Of a stretch of DNA of 64,000 bases, positions 11,190 through 20,520 are shown piece by piece (positions within the stretch are counted from its first letter, which is position 1; every line of letters starts with the position of its first letter). The DNA lies in NCBI GenBank assembly GCA_016867115.1, contig VGKG01000002.1, forward strand, positions 6,449 to 70,448, written 5' to 3'. Both the position numbers and the translations under genes were made by a program. The notes under the pieces were generated by a model, which saw only the letters and a program-made list of their open reading frames with translations, was not told where the DNA came from and searched no databases. The DNA is from Candidatus Omnitrophota bacterium. GTDB taxonomy: Bacteria; Omnitrophota; Gorgyraeia; Gygaellales; Profunditerraquicolaceae.

Positions 11190-11436
11190 ACTGATCATTA
11201 TAGCCCCGCCCTTGCACGCAAGGGCGGGATAAATTCGCATCCGCTGCATATAATTTAACGAGGCAGCTATAACTTACATCGCTCTTTCAGAGCTTCTGTA
11301 AGTTATCTGCTCATTATAGCATCGCCTCGAGTTTGCTAGGGCGATGTAAATTCACAGACGCTGCATATAATTAAACGAGGCAGCTACAACTTATGTTCGC
11401 TTACTTCGTTCGCTCCATAAGTTGTCTGCTCATTTA
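11190..11436 (+). repeat. Two tandem copies (about 115 nt each) of a structured leader element; a third copy lies at 44700-44843
   Basis: Copies share TAAATTC…CGC…ATAATT(A/T)AACGAGGCAGCTA plus two hairpins. The 3' hairpin covaries between copies (aacttaca/tgtaagtt, aacttatg/cataagtt, actttatg/cataaagt). Confidence 0.7.
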
Positions 11437-11437
11437 A
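11393..11437 (+). other. Candidate 14-codon leader ORF (MFAYFVRSISCLLI) within the repeat element, stop overlapping the accD start (TAATG)
   Basis: AACGAGG (SD-like) sits 9 nt upstream of ATG 11393. The stop TAA 11435-11437 shares its last A with the accD ATG at 11437. The coding sequence forms the covarying hairpin. Confidence 0.4.
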
Positions 11438-12276
11438 TGGCACTATTCGGAAAACCTAAATACACGATTGTAAGGCTTAAGAAAAAAGAGATCCCCGACG
11501 GGCTCTGGACCAAGTGCGAAGAGTGCTCCCAGGTGCTTTACAATAAAACGCTGGAAGAGAGCCTGAAGGTCTGCCCCAAATGCAACTACCACTTCACCCT
11601 CGGGGCATACGAAAGGATAAACTCGCTTTTAGATAAAGACACCTTTCAGGAATACGATAAGGATATGGCCGCCGCCGACCCTCTGGATTTTAAGGGGCCG
11701 AAGACCTATAAAGAAAAGCTCGCCCAGGACCAGGCTGCCACAGGCCTTAAGGATGCGGTCGTCTCCGGAGGGGGGCTACTGGATAATAAGAAGGTGATTA
11801 TCGCGGTCACGGATTCGCGTTTTATCATGGGTTCCATGGGCTCGGTGGTCGGCGAGAAGATCACCCGTGCCATTGAACAGGCGACCCGACAGAAACTCCC
11901 GGTTATTATCGTCTCGGGTTCAGGCGGCGGGGCAAGGATGTACGAGGGGATGTACAGCCTGATGCAGATGGCAAAGACCTGTGCTGCGCTTTCATATCAT
12001 AAGAAGGCAGGGCTTGCCTATATTTCTATATTGACCAACCCGACGATGGCCGGGGTCATGGCCAGTTTCGCGGGGGTAGGCGATGTGATCATCGCCGAGC
12101 CGAAGGCCCTGATCGGTTTTACCGGGCCGCGCGTGATCGAGCAGACGATCAGGCAGAAGCTTCCGCCGGGATTCCAGCGTTCGGAGTTCCTGCTTGAACA
12201 CGGGCTCATCGATATGATCATCCACCGCAAGAACCTGAAGGATTCATTAAGCAAGCTGATCGAATATTTAAGCTAG
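11437..12276 (+). CDS. accD: Acetyl-CoA carboxylase carboxyltransferase beta subunit AccD
   Basis: Zn-ribbon CEECSQVLY…CPKCNYH plus the carboxyltransferase domain. The N-terminus from ATG 11437 aligns residue-for-residue with canonical AccD up to WTKC. The TTG at 11422 in the ORF track is inside the leader. Confidence 0.9.
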   Translation: MALFGKPKYTIVRLKKKEIPDGLWTKCEECSQVLYNKTLEESLKVCPKCNYHFTLGAYERINSLLDKDTFQEYDKDMAAADPLDFKGPKTYKEKLAQDQAATGLKDAVVSGGGLLDNKKVIIAVTDSRFIMGSMGSVVGEKITRAIEQATRQKLPVIIVSGSGGGARMYEGMYSLMQMAKTCAALSYHKKAGLAYISILTNPTMAGVMASFAGVGDVIIAEPKALIGFTGPRVIEQTIRQKLPPGFQRSEFLLEHGLIDMIIHRKNLKDSLSKLIEYLS

Positions 12277-12300
12277 GGCCTTCTTAAAAAGGCGGGATCT

Positions 12301-13404
12301 ATGGCGCAGGTAAGGCTCAAGGGTGTCACCAAGGTCTATCCCGGAAACGTCAGGGCGGTTGAGAGCATTAATCTTGGCGTCGAGAATAAGGAGTTCATGG
12401 TCCTGGTAGGCCCTTCGGGCTGCGGCAAATCCACGGCCCTGAGGATGATCGCAGGCCTTGAGGAGGTGACGGCCGGGGATATCTATATCGGCGACAGGCG
12501 GGTAAACGATGTCCCGGCAAAAGACAGGGATATCGCCATGGTCTTTCAGACTTACGCGCTTTATCCGCACATGACTGTCTTTGAAAATATGGCTTTTGGT
12601 CTGCGCCTGCGGCACATCCCTAAGTCGGAGATAATCCAGCGCGTAAACGATGCCGCGGATATTCTGGGGATCAGGCGGCTCCTGAACCGTAAACCGCGGG
12701 AACTTTCGGGCGGCGAACGCCAGCGCGTAGCCGTAGGCAGGGCGATCGTGCGCAAGCCCGTGGCTTTCCTGTTTGACGAGCCCCTGAGTAATCTGGATGC
12801 GAAACTTCGCGGAGAGATGCGCACCGAGATCCATAAGCTGCACATCCGGCTGCAGACCACCGTTATCTACGTCACCCACGATCAGGTGGAGGCGATGACG
12901 ATGGGGGACCGCATCGCGGTAATGAGAGACGGCATCATCCAGCAGGTGGCTGACCCCATCACCGTCTACGACCGTCCCGCGAACAAGTTCGTAGCCGGTT
13001 TCATCGGCTCTCCGCCGATGAACTTTATGGCCGGCCGGGTGGCAAAAAAGGACGGCAGGCTCTATTTCGACGAGGGAAAGTTCGTCGTCAAGATCGTCGA
13101 GGACATGCATTCCGCATTGACCCCCTATATAGGCAAAGAAGTGGTCTTCGGCATACGTTGCGAAGATATTTACGATAAGCTTTTTGTTTCCGAGGCTCCT
13201 CCTGAAAATATCGTCAGGGTGACCTGCGAGGTTTACGAGCCTATGGGATCAGAAGTGTACCTGTATCTAGATACCGGCAGACACAGCTTTACCGCCAGGG
13301 TCGGCGCTCATGACCGGCCTAAAGTCAACCAGGATATGGACCTTGTCTTTGACATGAGCAAGGTGCACTTCTTCGATAAAGACAGCGAAGAGACGATTGT
13401 TTAG
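12301..13404 (+). CDS. ABC transporter ATP-binding protein, MalK/UgpC/MsiK-type with a C-terminal TOBE domain
   Basis: Walker A GPSGCGKST, signature LSGGERQRV, Walker B LFDEPLSNLD and a C-terminal transport-associated OB domain. No permease or solute-binding protein gene is adjacent. Confidence 0.85.
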   Translation: MAQVRLKGVTKVYPGNVRAVESINLGVENKEFMVLVGPSGCGKSTALRMIAGLEEVTAGDIYIGDRRVNDVPAKDRDIAMVFQTYALYPHMTVFENMAFGLRLRHIPKSEIIQRVNDAADILGIRRLLNRKPRELSGGERQRVAVGRAIVRKPVAFLFDEPLSNLDAKLRGEMRTEIHKLHIRLQTTVIYVTHDQVEAMTMGDRIAVMRDGIIQQVADPITVYDRPANKFVAGFIGSPPMNFMAGRVAKKDGRLYFDEGKFVVKIVEDMHSALTPYIGKEVVFGIRCEDIYDKLFVSEAPPENIVRVTCEVYEPMGSEVYLYLDTGRHSFTARVGAHDRPKVNQDMDLVFDMSKVHFFDKDSEETIV

Positions 13405-14665
13405 AATAGCCGGCCAAATCATTATATTCGGTTTTCTCTACTTGCTGCTGCCGTTTTATCTAAGCGCATTCTATGCCCAAGGTGCGCTTGTTCTATTTTA
13501 TTTTTACCTTGCCGTAACAACCGTTTCCGTTATCCTCTTTAAGGCCTATTCCGGAAAAAAATATTACTTCGCCTATCAGCTTCAGACGGTCCAGGAAGAA
13601 ATGAACGTCTCCGGTGATACCCTGCGCAAGGAAAGGGAAAAGCACGATGCCCTCCAGGATAAGATCCTGCGCTACCGTAGCCTTAAGCAGATCGTCGAGG
13701 AGTTAAATAAAAACCTGGACATGGATTATGTCGCAGGAGAACTCACCGCGATCGCTTTTTCCCAGATCTGCAGGTCAAAGGGCACCTGTCTTCTTTATCT
13801 TGTAGATAATTCGACGCAGAGATTGAACCTTTTTAAGGCAAAAAAAGAGGATAAGAAGCTGGTCATCAGGACAAAAGAGGGGGATATCTTCGATTTCTGG
13901 GTGATGCGCCAGGCGACCCCGCTTTTGATCGAAGACATCGGAAAGGACTTCCGCTTTGACCGGGAAAAACTGAGGGACCGGGACCTGAGGCCGGTCGGCT
14001 CATTAGCCAGCGCGCCCTTTGTCGCAGAGAACCGCATCCTCGGGATATTAAGGCTGGATAATCCGCAGGCGAACTTTTTCACTCAGGAGGACCTGAGGTT
14101 CCTGGTAAACCTCTCGGACCTGGGGGCGGTTGCGCTCGAGAACAGTGAACTCTTTTTACGCACCCAGGACCTGGCCATCCATGACGAATTGACGGGGCTT
14201 TTCACCAAAGGTTATTTTATGGAGCGCCTGAAAGAGGAGTGCCGCAGGTCTTTGCGCCAGAACGCCTCTTTTTGCCTGTTTATGCTTGATATCGACCGTT
14301 TCAAGGATTACAACGACAGGTTCGGGCACAGCGCAGGCGACATCGTCCTGAAAAATATGGCTAAGACTATCGGGGAGAAATTATCCGGTTTAAGCCCCCT
14401 GATCAGCCGTTTCGGCGGTGAAGAGTTTTGCGTGTTGCTGCCCGGCATGGAAAAGCCGCGCGGGCCCGGGATCGCCGACAGCTTAAGAAAGGCGATAGAA
14501 GAGGAGAAGGTGCTCCTGCGCCGCCAGGAGACGCATGTCACGGTCTCGATAGGCGTGGCGGGTTTCCCGCAGGACGGTACCGGCGAGGAGGACCTCATCC
14601 GCGCAGCGGATCAGGCGATGTATAAAGCGAAGCAGCAAGGCAGGAATAAGGTATGCCCGGCTTGA
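13397..14665 (+). CDS. Membrane-anchored GAF-GGDEF diguanylate cyclase
   Basis: N-terminal TM helices, a central GAF-like region and a GGDEF domain with an intact RFGGEEF active-site motif. TTG start overlaps the ABC ATPase stop. Confidence 0.85.
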   Translation: MFRIAGQIIIFGFLYLLLPFYLSAFYAQGALVLFYFYLAVTTVSVILFKAYSGKKYYFAYQLQTVQEEMNVSGDTLRKEREKHDALQDKILRYRSLKQIVEELNKNLDMDYVAGELTAIAFSQICRSKGTCLLYLVDNSTQRLNLFKAKKEDKKLVIRTKEGDIFDFWVMRQATPLLIEDIGKDFRFDREKLRDRDLRPVGSLASAPFVAENRILGILRLDNPQANFFTQEDLRFLVNLSDLGAVALENSELFLRTQDLAIHDELTGLFTKGYFMERLKEECRRSLRQNASFCLFMLDIDRFKDYNDRFGHSAGDIVLKNMAKTIGEKLSGLSPLISRFGGEEFCVLLPGMEKPRGPGIADSLRKAIEEEKVLLRRQETHVTVSIGVAGFPQDGTGEEDLIRAADQAMYKAKQQGRNKVCPA

Positions 14666-15648
14666 TTATATTTATTTTACTGCTGGCACTCGTCTCAATC
14701 CGGCTAAACGGGACCTTTTCGGTGAGATTGCGGCGCATACAGGCGGATTTTGAGCAGCTGCGTTCTGAGCAGAAGAACTTAAGCCGTGCGATCGCTAAAT
14801 TAAAGGAGGAAAACCTGCAGCTTGAAAGGCAGGCTTCCGAGACGACCGCGCTTTACGATATTACTCGCGAGATCTGCAAGACCCTTGAGGAAGAAAAGGT
14901 CCTTGCGCTTTTACGCGAACAGATCGACAGGTACCTGAAGGTGGATGACTGCCTATTCATCAGGCAGGGTGAATCGCTCGACGGGTATAAAGATTATACG
15001 GTGCTGCCGCTTTCCATCCAGAATAAGACCGTCGGGTATCTGGTGGCAAAGGGCGTAAGAGAGAGGGAGAGCGAGAAGTTCTTTATCCTCGCCGGCCAGT
15101 TCCTCATCGGTATCAAGAGGGCTTATCTGTACCGGAAGATCCAGGAGCTTGCTATCACCGACAGCCTGACCAGGGTATTCAGCCGGCGCTATTTCCTGGA
15201 AAGGTTCAGGGAGGAGGTTGAGCGCTCGCGCAAACAGAAATACGAACTGAGCTTCCTGATGGTGGATATCGACCATTTCAAGGAGATCAATGATAATTAC
15301 GGCCACCTGGTGGGGGATGCGATCCTGAGGGAGGTCTCCACGACGATCAAAGAGAATATCAGGCAGATGGACTTCATGGGCCGCTACGGAGGAGAAGAGC
15401 TTTCTATCGTGCTGCCTGAGACCGATAAAGAGCAGGCGGTACTTGTGGCAGAACGTATCCGTAAGACCCTGGAGTCGAAACAAATGTCCATATATGACGA
15501 ACGTTTAGGCGTTACGATAAGTATCGGCATCTCCACCTTCCCCAAAGATTCCGCCGATTTAGGAGACCTGATCGACCGGTCCGATGAGGCCCTGTATCAG
15601 GCAAAACAGTCGGGCAGGAACCGCGTTTGTATCTACGCAAAAGAGTAA
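14653..15648 (+). CDS. Membrane-anchored GGDEF-domain protein with variant motif GGEEL
   Basis: One TM, a coiled coil and a GGDEF domain (RYGGEELSIV). It overlaps the upstream GGDEF gene by 13 nt. Confidence 0.8.
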   Translation: MPGLIIFILLLALVSIRLNGTFSVRLRRIQADFEQLRSEQKNLSRAIAKLKEENLQLERQASETTALYDITREICKTLEEEKVLALLREQIDRYLKVDDCLFIRQGESLDGYKDYTVLPLSIQNKTVGYLVAKGVRERESEKFFILAGQFLIGIKRAYLYRKIQELAITDSLTRVFSRRYFLERFREEVERSRKQKYELSFLMVDIDHFKEINDNYGHLVGDAILREVSTTIKENIRQMDFMGRYGGEELSIVLPETDKEQAVLVAERIRKTLESKQMSIYDERLGVTISIGISTFPKDSADLGDLIDRSDEALYQAKQSGRNRVCIYAKE

Positions 15649-15742
15649 TATTTCTTGCTTTTTCCCCTGTTTTAAGATAAAATATTTTAATTTATATTTT
15701 AATTTCTTGGCTTAATCATAACAATCTTAAAAATTACAGACA

Positions 15743-16663
15743 ATGGCGGCAAAATATGTCATCGGGATCGATTTAGGCGGCACAAACCTCAAGATCGCCG
15801 TCCTTGATTTCAGGGTTAAGATCAGAAGAAAACTTATCTTAAGCACGCGCTCCTTCAAGAAAAAAGAAGAACTGATCAGGGCGCTCTGCCTGGGCATCAG
15901 AGAAATAGTCAGGCAGTCAGGATTAACGAAGGCCGATATCAGGGCGGTGGGCATCGGGTTGCCCGGGCCGGTGGACGTAGAGAAAGGCTTAGTCCATTTC
16001 TTCCCCAACATTCCGGGCTTTAAAGAAGTATGTTTAAGAGGCATCCTGAGAAAGAGATTGGGCCTCGGTATTTTTCTGGATAATGACGCCAATCTTATGT
16101 GCCTTGCCGAGCACAGATTCGGAGCAGCAAAGGGGAGCCGGAACGCCTTCTGTATTACCCTGGGAACAGGGGTGGGAGGAGGCTTGATTATTAACGGAAG
16201 TCTTTACCGCGCAAGGTCTTTTGCCGCTGGTGAAATCGGACATCTTCCCCTGAATGAAAACGGGCCGCGTTGTAATTGCGGCGGCATTGCCTGCCTTGAA
16301 GCCTACATCGGCAACAATCGCATCAGATCCCAAGCAAAAAAAGTTTTCGGCCACAGCATCACTCTTGAAGAGTTGAGCCTTCTTGCGAAAAGGGGCAATA
16401 AAAAGGCCCTTAGGGTATGGAAGGTCATCGGCAGGCATTTAGGAGTCGCGTTGAGTTCAATTGTCAATGTATTAAGCCCGGATATTATCGTTATCGGTGG
16501 CGGGGTGGCTGATGCTGGAAGAGCCTTGTTTAAAGAAACCAGAAGGACAGTCGCTGCGCGGGCAATGCCTGTGCAGTCAAGGCATGTGAAAATATCGCCT
16601 GCTTTACTCGGACAGGATGCGGGCCTGATCGGAGCCGGGATCATTGCCTGGCAGGGTAATTAA
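15743..16663 (+). CDS. ROK-family sugar kinase (glucokinase-like)
   Basis: IGIDLGGTNLK N-terminus and the ROK zinc motif CNCGGIACLEAY. Confidence 0.8.
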   Translation: MAAKYVIGIDLGGTNLKIAVLDFRVKIRRKLILSTRSFKKKEELIRALCLGIREIVRQSGLTKADIRAVGIGLPGPVDVEKGLVHFFPNIPGFKEVCLRGILRKRLGLGIFLDNDANLMCLAEHRFGAAKGSRNAFCITLGTGVGGGLIINGSLYRARSFAAGEIGHLPLNENGPRCNCGGIACLEAYIGNNRIRSQAKKVFGHSITLEELSLLAKRGNKKALRVWKVIGRHLGVALSSIVNVLSPDIIVIGGGVADAGRALFKETRRTVAARAMPVQSRHVKISPALLGQDAGLIGAGIIAWQGN

Positions 16664-16666
16664 GCG

Positions 16667-19147
16667 ATGAAAAAAAAGTTAATAATATTTTCCGCGGTCC
16701 TGGGTTTAGTTCTTGGCCCAGGGATCCTTTTTGCGCAGGAAGAAAAAGTAGGAGCGGTAAGGTCTGCGCTTGATGCTCAGGAACAGGCAAAAGCAGAAAG
16801 CGTCAAAGAAACGCTGGATAAACAGGAGTCAGCTGCTCAGGCCCTTGATGCAACCGCTGAAATAGCCGCTGCAACAACCGAAACTCTCCAAGAAACGCCC
16901 CAAGGGACTCCCCTGGAAACTGTTCAAGAAACCGCTCAGGAAGCCCGCCAGGAAGTCAGCGTCCCGTCCCAGGAGCAGGCAGCTGAAACAGAACCTGTCC
17001 ATCGGGAGGCAGGGCAAGCAATCGAGTTCATAAAAAAAGAATCTATGGCTGAAGAAGAGAAGGGTCCCCAGCCCATCGTGGTCAACGGCGATAAGGTAGA
17101 GTACTCAGCCGACACTAAAGACGTCACTGCAATCGGAAACGTGGAAGTGGTTTATAAGGGCGCAAAACTTACCTGTCAGAAACTGACGGTGAATACCCTG
17201 ACCAGACAGGGGGTCGCGGAAGGCAACGCCCGCTTAGACGATGAGCGCGGGGTCATCGAGGGACAGAAGATCGTCTACAATTTTGAGACCAAGTCCGGCA
17301 TCATGATGAACGCAAAGTTCATGGCCAATCCCTATTTCGGCCGGGCCAAGAAGCTTGAGAAGGTCGGAGATACGGCGTATGTGGGATACCGGACTTTTAT
17401 TACCACCTGCAGCATGGACCACCCGCATTACAAATTGGGGACAAAGAACTTCAAGATGATCCCGGGAGAGAAGATAGAAACGCGCGATGACGCCTTCTAT
17501 GTGGGAGATATTCCGCTTGCCTATATACCCAGGTTTAACCGCAGCCTGAAAGACCCACTGATGCATGTGCGGGTGGTGCCGGGAAAAACCAAGGACTGGG
17601 GCCCGTATGTCTTAAGCGCCTGGAGGTATAACCTTAACGATTACATGGACGGCCGGATCTACCTGGATTTCCGCAAGAAGCTGGGCTGGGCAGAGGGTTT
17701 CGGCCTCAATTACCGCACCCCGGGTTTTGGCAAGGGCGATTTTAAGTTTTATTTCACCCGGGAAAAACCGGAAAATATCCCTCCTGAGTCTCGCCAGACT
17801 TACACCAGGGAGCTGGTGCGCTGGCGCCATAAATGGGATATCGACGAACGCACTGACTTTATCTCCGAGTTCTACAAGATCAAGGACGACAGAAGAAAGT
17901 TCCAGGACCCGCAGAGGAATATCCTTAAGGATTATTTCTTCCGCGAGTATGAAAAGGATTCCGAGCCGCTTACTTACGCCCTGCTTCACCATAATTTCCA
18001 GTATTCAACGCTGGATTTTCTCATCCAGAAACGCACTAACCCATGGTATGATCAGCTCAGTAAGCTTCCGGAACTCAAGTATATCCTTCCGCGCATCCAG
18101 ATAGGCGAGACGCCTTTATATTTTGAGAATAACACGACCTTCGGCAATTACGACAAGAACGCCACCCTCACCCCCGTTACTCCCGATGAAGAGGATGTGA
18201 CCAGGTTTGACACGACCAACAAGTTTTCCCTGCCGATGAAGGTCTCATTTTTCCGGGTCACCCCTTTTGTAGCCAGCCGCGAGACTTTCTACGATAAAGG
18301 CAGCCAGGGCAAGGCTCATCCCATGCGGTCGATCTTCTACACCGGCGCGGACATCAGCACCAAGTTTTACCGCGTCTTTGACGTGAAGAGCAATTTTCTG
18401 GGGATGAATATCGAAGGCCTGCGGCATATCATTACGCCGCTGGTCAGCTACAATTATAACCATAAGCCTTCGGTGTCGAGCAGCCAGCTGAAACAGATCG
18501 ACAGCGTAGACGGCCTCAGGCGCAACAATTCGGTGAGCCTGGAACTGTCCAACAAGCTGCAGACCAAGCGTAACGGCAGGAGTGTAGACCTGCTGGATTT
18601 CCGCGTCGACACTTCTTATATCATCAAGCCCAAGGGTACCGAGAAGTCGGGGAGTAATTTTTCCGACTTCCTGTTTAACCTGAAGCTCCTGCCTTATTCG
18701 TGGCTCAGGATCCAGGGAGATGCCACCTATACGCATTCCGGCAGCCGCAGTAACACCAATTATAATAAGTTTACCGATGCCAACTACGATATTAATTTCC
18801 ATTTCGGCGAAGAGAGGTCTATCGGCATAGGCCAGCGCTATGAACGTAAGGGCGGAAACGAGATCACCGCAAATATGGTCTGGCGGCTGAACCCGAAATG
18901 GAAGTTCTCTTTTTATCAGCGGCATAACCGCGGACACGAGCCGACCCTGACGCGCGGCCTGCGCGAGCAGGAGTATACCATCACCCGCGACCTGCACTGC
19001 TGGGAGGCGTCTCTGAGCTGGAACAGGAAGAAGACGGAAGGCGATACTATCTGGGTCATCTTTCGCCTGAAGGCATTTCCTGAGGGCGAGTTCGGCTTTA
19101 ACCAGTCCTACAACGAGCCTAAGTCCGGCTCGCAGAATAACCCTTAA
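16667..19147 (+). CDS. lptD: LPS-assembly outer-membrane protein LptD (OstA family)
   Basis: Signal peptide, an N-terminal OstA/LptA-like beta-jellyroll (…VVNGDKVEYSADTKDVTAIGNVEV…) and an approximately 600-aa beta-barrel region. Confidence 0.7.
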   Translation: MKKKLIIFSAVLGLVLGPGILFAQEEKVGAVRSALDAQEQAKAESVKETLDKQESAAQALDATAEIAAATTETLQETPQGTPLETVQETAQEARQEVSVPSQEQAAETEPVHREAGQAIEFIKKESMAEEEKGPQPIVVNGDKVEYSADTKDVTAIGNVEVVYKGAKLTCQKLTVNTLTRQGVAEGNARLDDERGVIEGQKIVYNFETKSGIMMNAKFMANPYFGRAKKLEKVGDTAYVGYRTFITTCSMDHPHYKLGTKNFKMIPGEKIETRDDAFYVGDIPLAYIPRFNRSLKDPLMHVRVVPGKTKDWGPYVLSAWRYNLNDYMDGRIYLDFRKKLGWAEGFGLNYRTPGFGKGDFKFYFTREKPENIPPESRQTYTRELVRWRHKWDIDERTDFISEFYKIKDDRRKFQDPQRNILKDYFFREYEKDSEPLTYALLHHNFQYSTLDFLIQKRTNPWYDQLSKLPELKYILPRIQIGETPLYFENNTTFGNYDKNATLTPVTPDEEDVTRFDTTNKFSLPMKVSFFRVTPFVASRETFYDKGSQGKAHPMRSIFYTGADISTKFYRVFDVKSNFLGMNIEGLRHIITPLVSYNYNHKPSVSSSQLKQIDSVDGLRRNNSVSLELSNKLQTKRNGRSVDLLDFRVDTSYIIKPKGTEKSGSNFSDFLFNLKLLPYSWLRIQGDATYTHSGSRSNTNYNKFTDANYDINFHFGEERSIGIGQRYERKGGNEITANMVWRLNPKWKFSFYQRHNRGHEPTLTRGLREQEYTITRDLHCWEASLSWNRKKTEGDTIWVIFRLKAFPEGEFGFNQSYNEPKSGSQNNP

Positions 19148-19218
19148 GCAAACTTCCTCACCCGATAACCTGCTTAAAGGGCACTTGCCGACGATCAAGA
19201 GAAAGGAAAGGTAGAGAA

Positions 19219-20520
19219 GTGAATATAGCGATAATCGGTTCAGGTTACGTAGGCCTGGTCACCGGAGCATGTCTTGCGGAGCTGGGCAACAGAGTAGTCT
19301 GCTGCGATAGCGACGCCAAAAAGATATCCGGGTTAAAAAAGGGGGTCGTCCCCATATTTGAACCCGGTCTAGAGGAATTGATCGCCAATAACGTAAAGCG
19401 CAAGCGCCTGTCCTTTACCCGGAATATTAAAGAGGCGCTGAAGGGTGCGGCGGTGATCTTTATCGCTGTCGGCACCCCTCCTTTAGAAAACGGAGAGGCG
19501 GACCTAAGCGGCATAGAGAATGTCTGCCGCAGCATCGCCGCGAATATGCGGGGATACCGTCTGATCGTAGAGAAGTCCACTGTCCCGGTTGAGACCTGCG
19601 AACGGGTCAAGGATACCATCTCCATTTATGTAAAGCAGAAGGCCAGGTTTGACGTGGCATCGAACCCGGAGTTTTTAAGGGAAGGGTCGGCGATAAACGA
19701 TTTTATGCATCCGGACAGGATCGTAATCGGAGTGGAGTCAAAGAAGGCAAGAGATATCTTGTCCGACCTTTACAAGCCCCTGAATGCGCCGATCGTCGTC
19801 ACCAATATCAAATCAGCGGAACTGATCAAGCATGCCTCGAATGCGTTTCTTGCGACCAAGATATCGTTCATTAACGCCATCTCGCGTATCTGCGATATTG
19901 TGGGGGCGGACGTCCTCGAGGTCGCAAGCGGCATGGGGTTGGACAAAAGGATCGGCCGGGCTTTTCTGGATGCCGGGTTGGGTTACGGCGGTTCATGCTT
20001 CCCCAAGGATCTGGATGCCTTCCTGACCATTTCCAGGAAACTAGGCTATGATTTTGAACTTCTGAAGGCGGTCAAAGATATAAACGAAAGCCAGCAGGAG
20101 GTCTTGTTGCAGAAGGTGAAGGACCTGCTCTGGGTCGTCAAGGATAAGACTATCGGTGTGCTCGGTCTGTCTTTTAAGCCGGACACCGACGATATCCGCA
20201 ATGCCCCGTCTTTGGGCCTGATCCGCGCCCTCCAAAGAGAGGGGGCCAGGATAAGGGCCTATGACCCTCAGGCGCTGGAGAAGGCAAAAGATTGCCTGAG
20301 GGGCGTAGTCTTCTGCAAGGATTCATATGAGGTGTGCCGCGGCTCAGACTGCCTCTTAGTGGTGACGGAATGGAACGAGTTCAAAGAGCTGGACTTTTCG
20401 CGGGTGAAAAAACTGCTGAAGCGGCCACTGGTGATCGATGGGCGCAATATCTACGACCCGAAAGCCATGAAGTCCCTCGGTTTCACTTACGCCGGAATAG
20501 GCAGGTCCATACGCTTATGA
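19219..20520 (+). CDS. ugd: UDP-glucose 6-dehydrogenase
   Basis: Rossmann N-terminus IAIIGSGYVGLVTGACLA and the GGSCFPKD catalytic motif of the UDP-glucose/GDP-mannose dehydrogenase family. GTG start. Confidence 0.8.
   Translation: MNIAIIGSGYVGLVTGACLAELGNRVVCCDSDAKKISGLKKGVVPIFEPGLEELIANNVKRKRLSFTRNIKEALKGAAVIFIAVGTPPLENGEADLSGIENVCRSIAANMRGYRLIVEKSTVPVETCERVKDTISIYVKQKARFDVASNPEFLREGSAINDFMHPDRIVIGVESKKARDILSDLYKPLNAPIVVTNIKSAELIKHASNAFLATKISFINAISRICDIVGADVLEVASGMGLDKRIGRAFLDAGLGYGGSCFPKDLDAFLTISRKLGYDFELLKAVKDINESQQEVLLQKVKDLLWVVKDKTIGVLGLSFKPDTDDIRNAPSLGLIRALQREGARIRAYDPQALEKAKDCLRGVVFCKDSYEVCRGSDCLLVVTEWNEFKELDFSRVKKLLKRPLVIDGRNIYDPKAMKSLGFTYAGIGRSIRL

Noticed and set aside
12268-13110. 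280-aa ORF on the minus strand
   Set aside because: Lies entirely antisense to the well-supported MalK-type ABC ATPase gene. High-GC shadow ORF with no recognisable motifs.
18245-19198. 317-aa minus-strand ORF
   Set aside because: Antisense to the lptD C-terminal barrel region. Repetitive Arg/Leu/Ala composition typical of a shadow frame.
20334-20516. N-terminal extension of the WbpA/TviB-like gene suggested by the ORF track (start 20334)
   Set aside because: Would overlap ugd by 187 nt in another frame. The ATG at 20517 overlaps the ugd stop (ATGA) and is immediately followed by the Rossmann GxGxxG motif.
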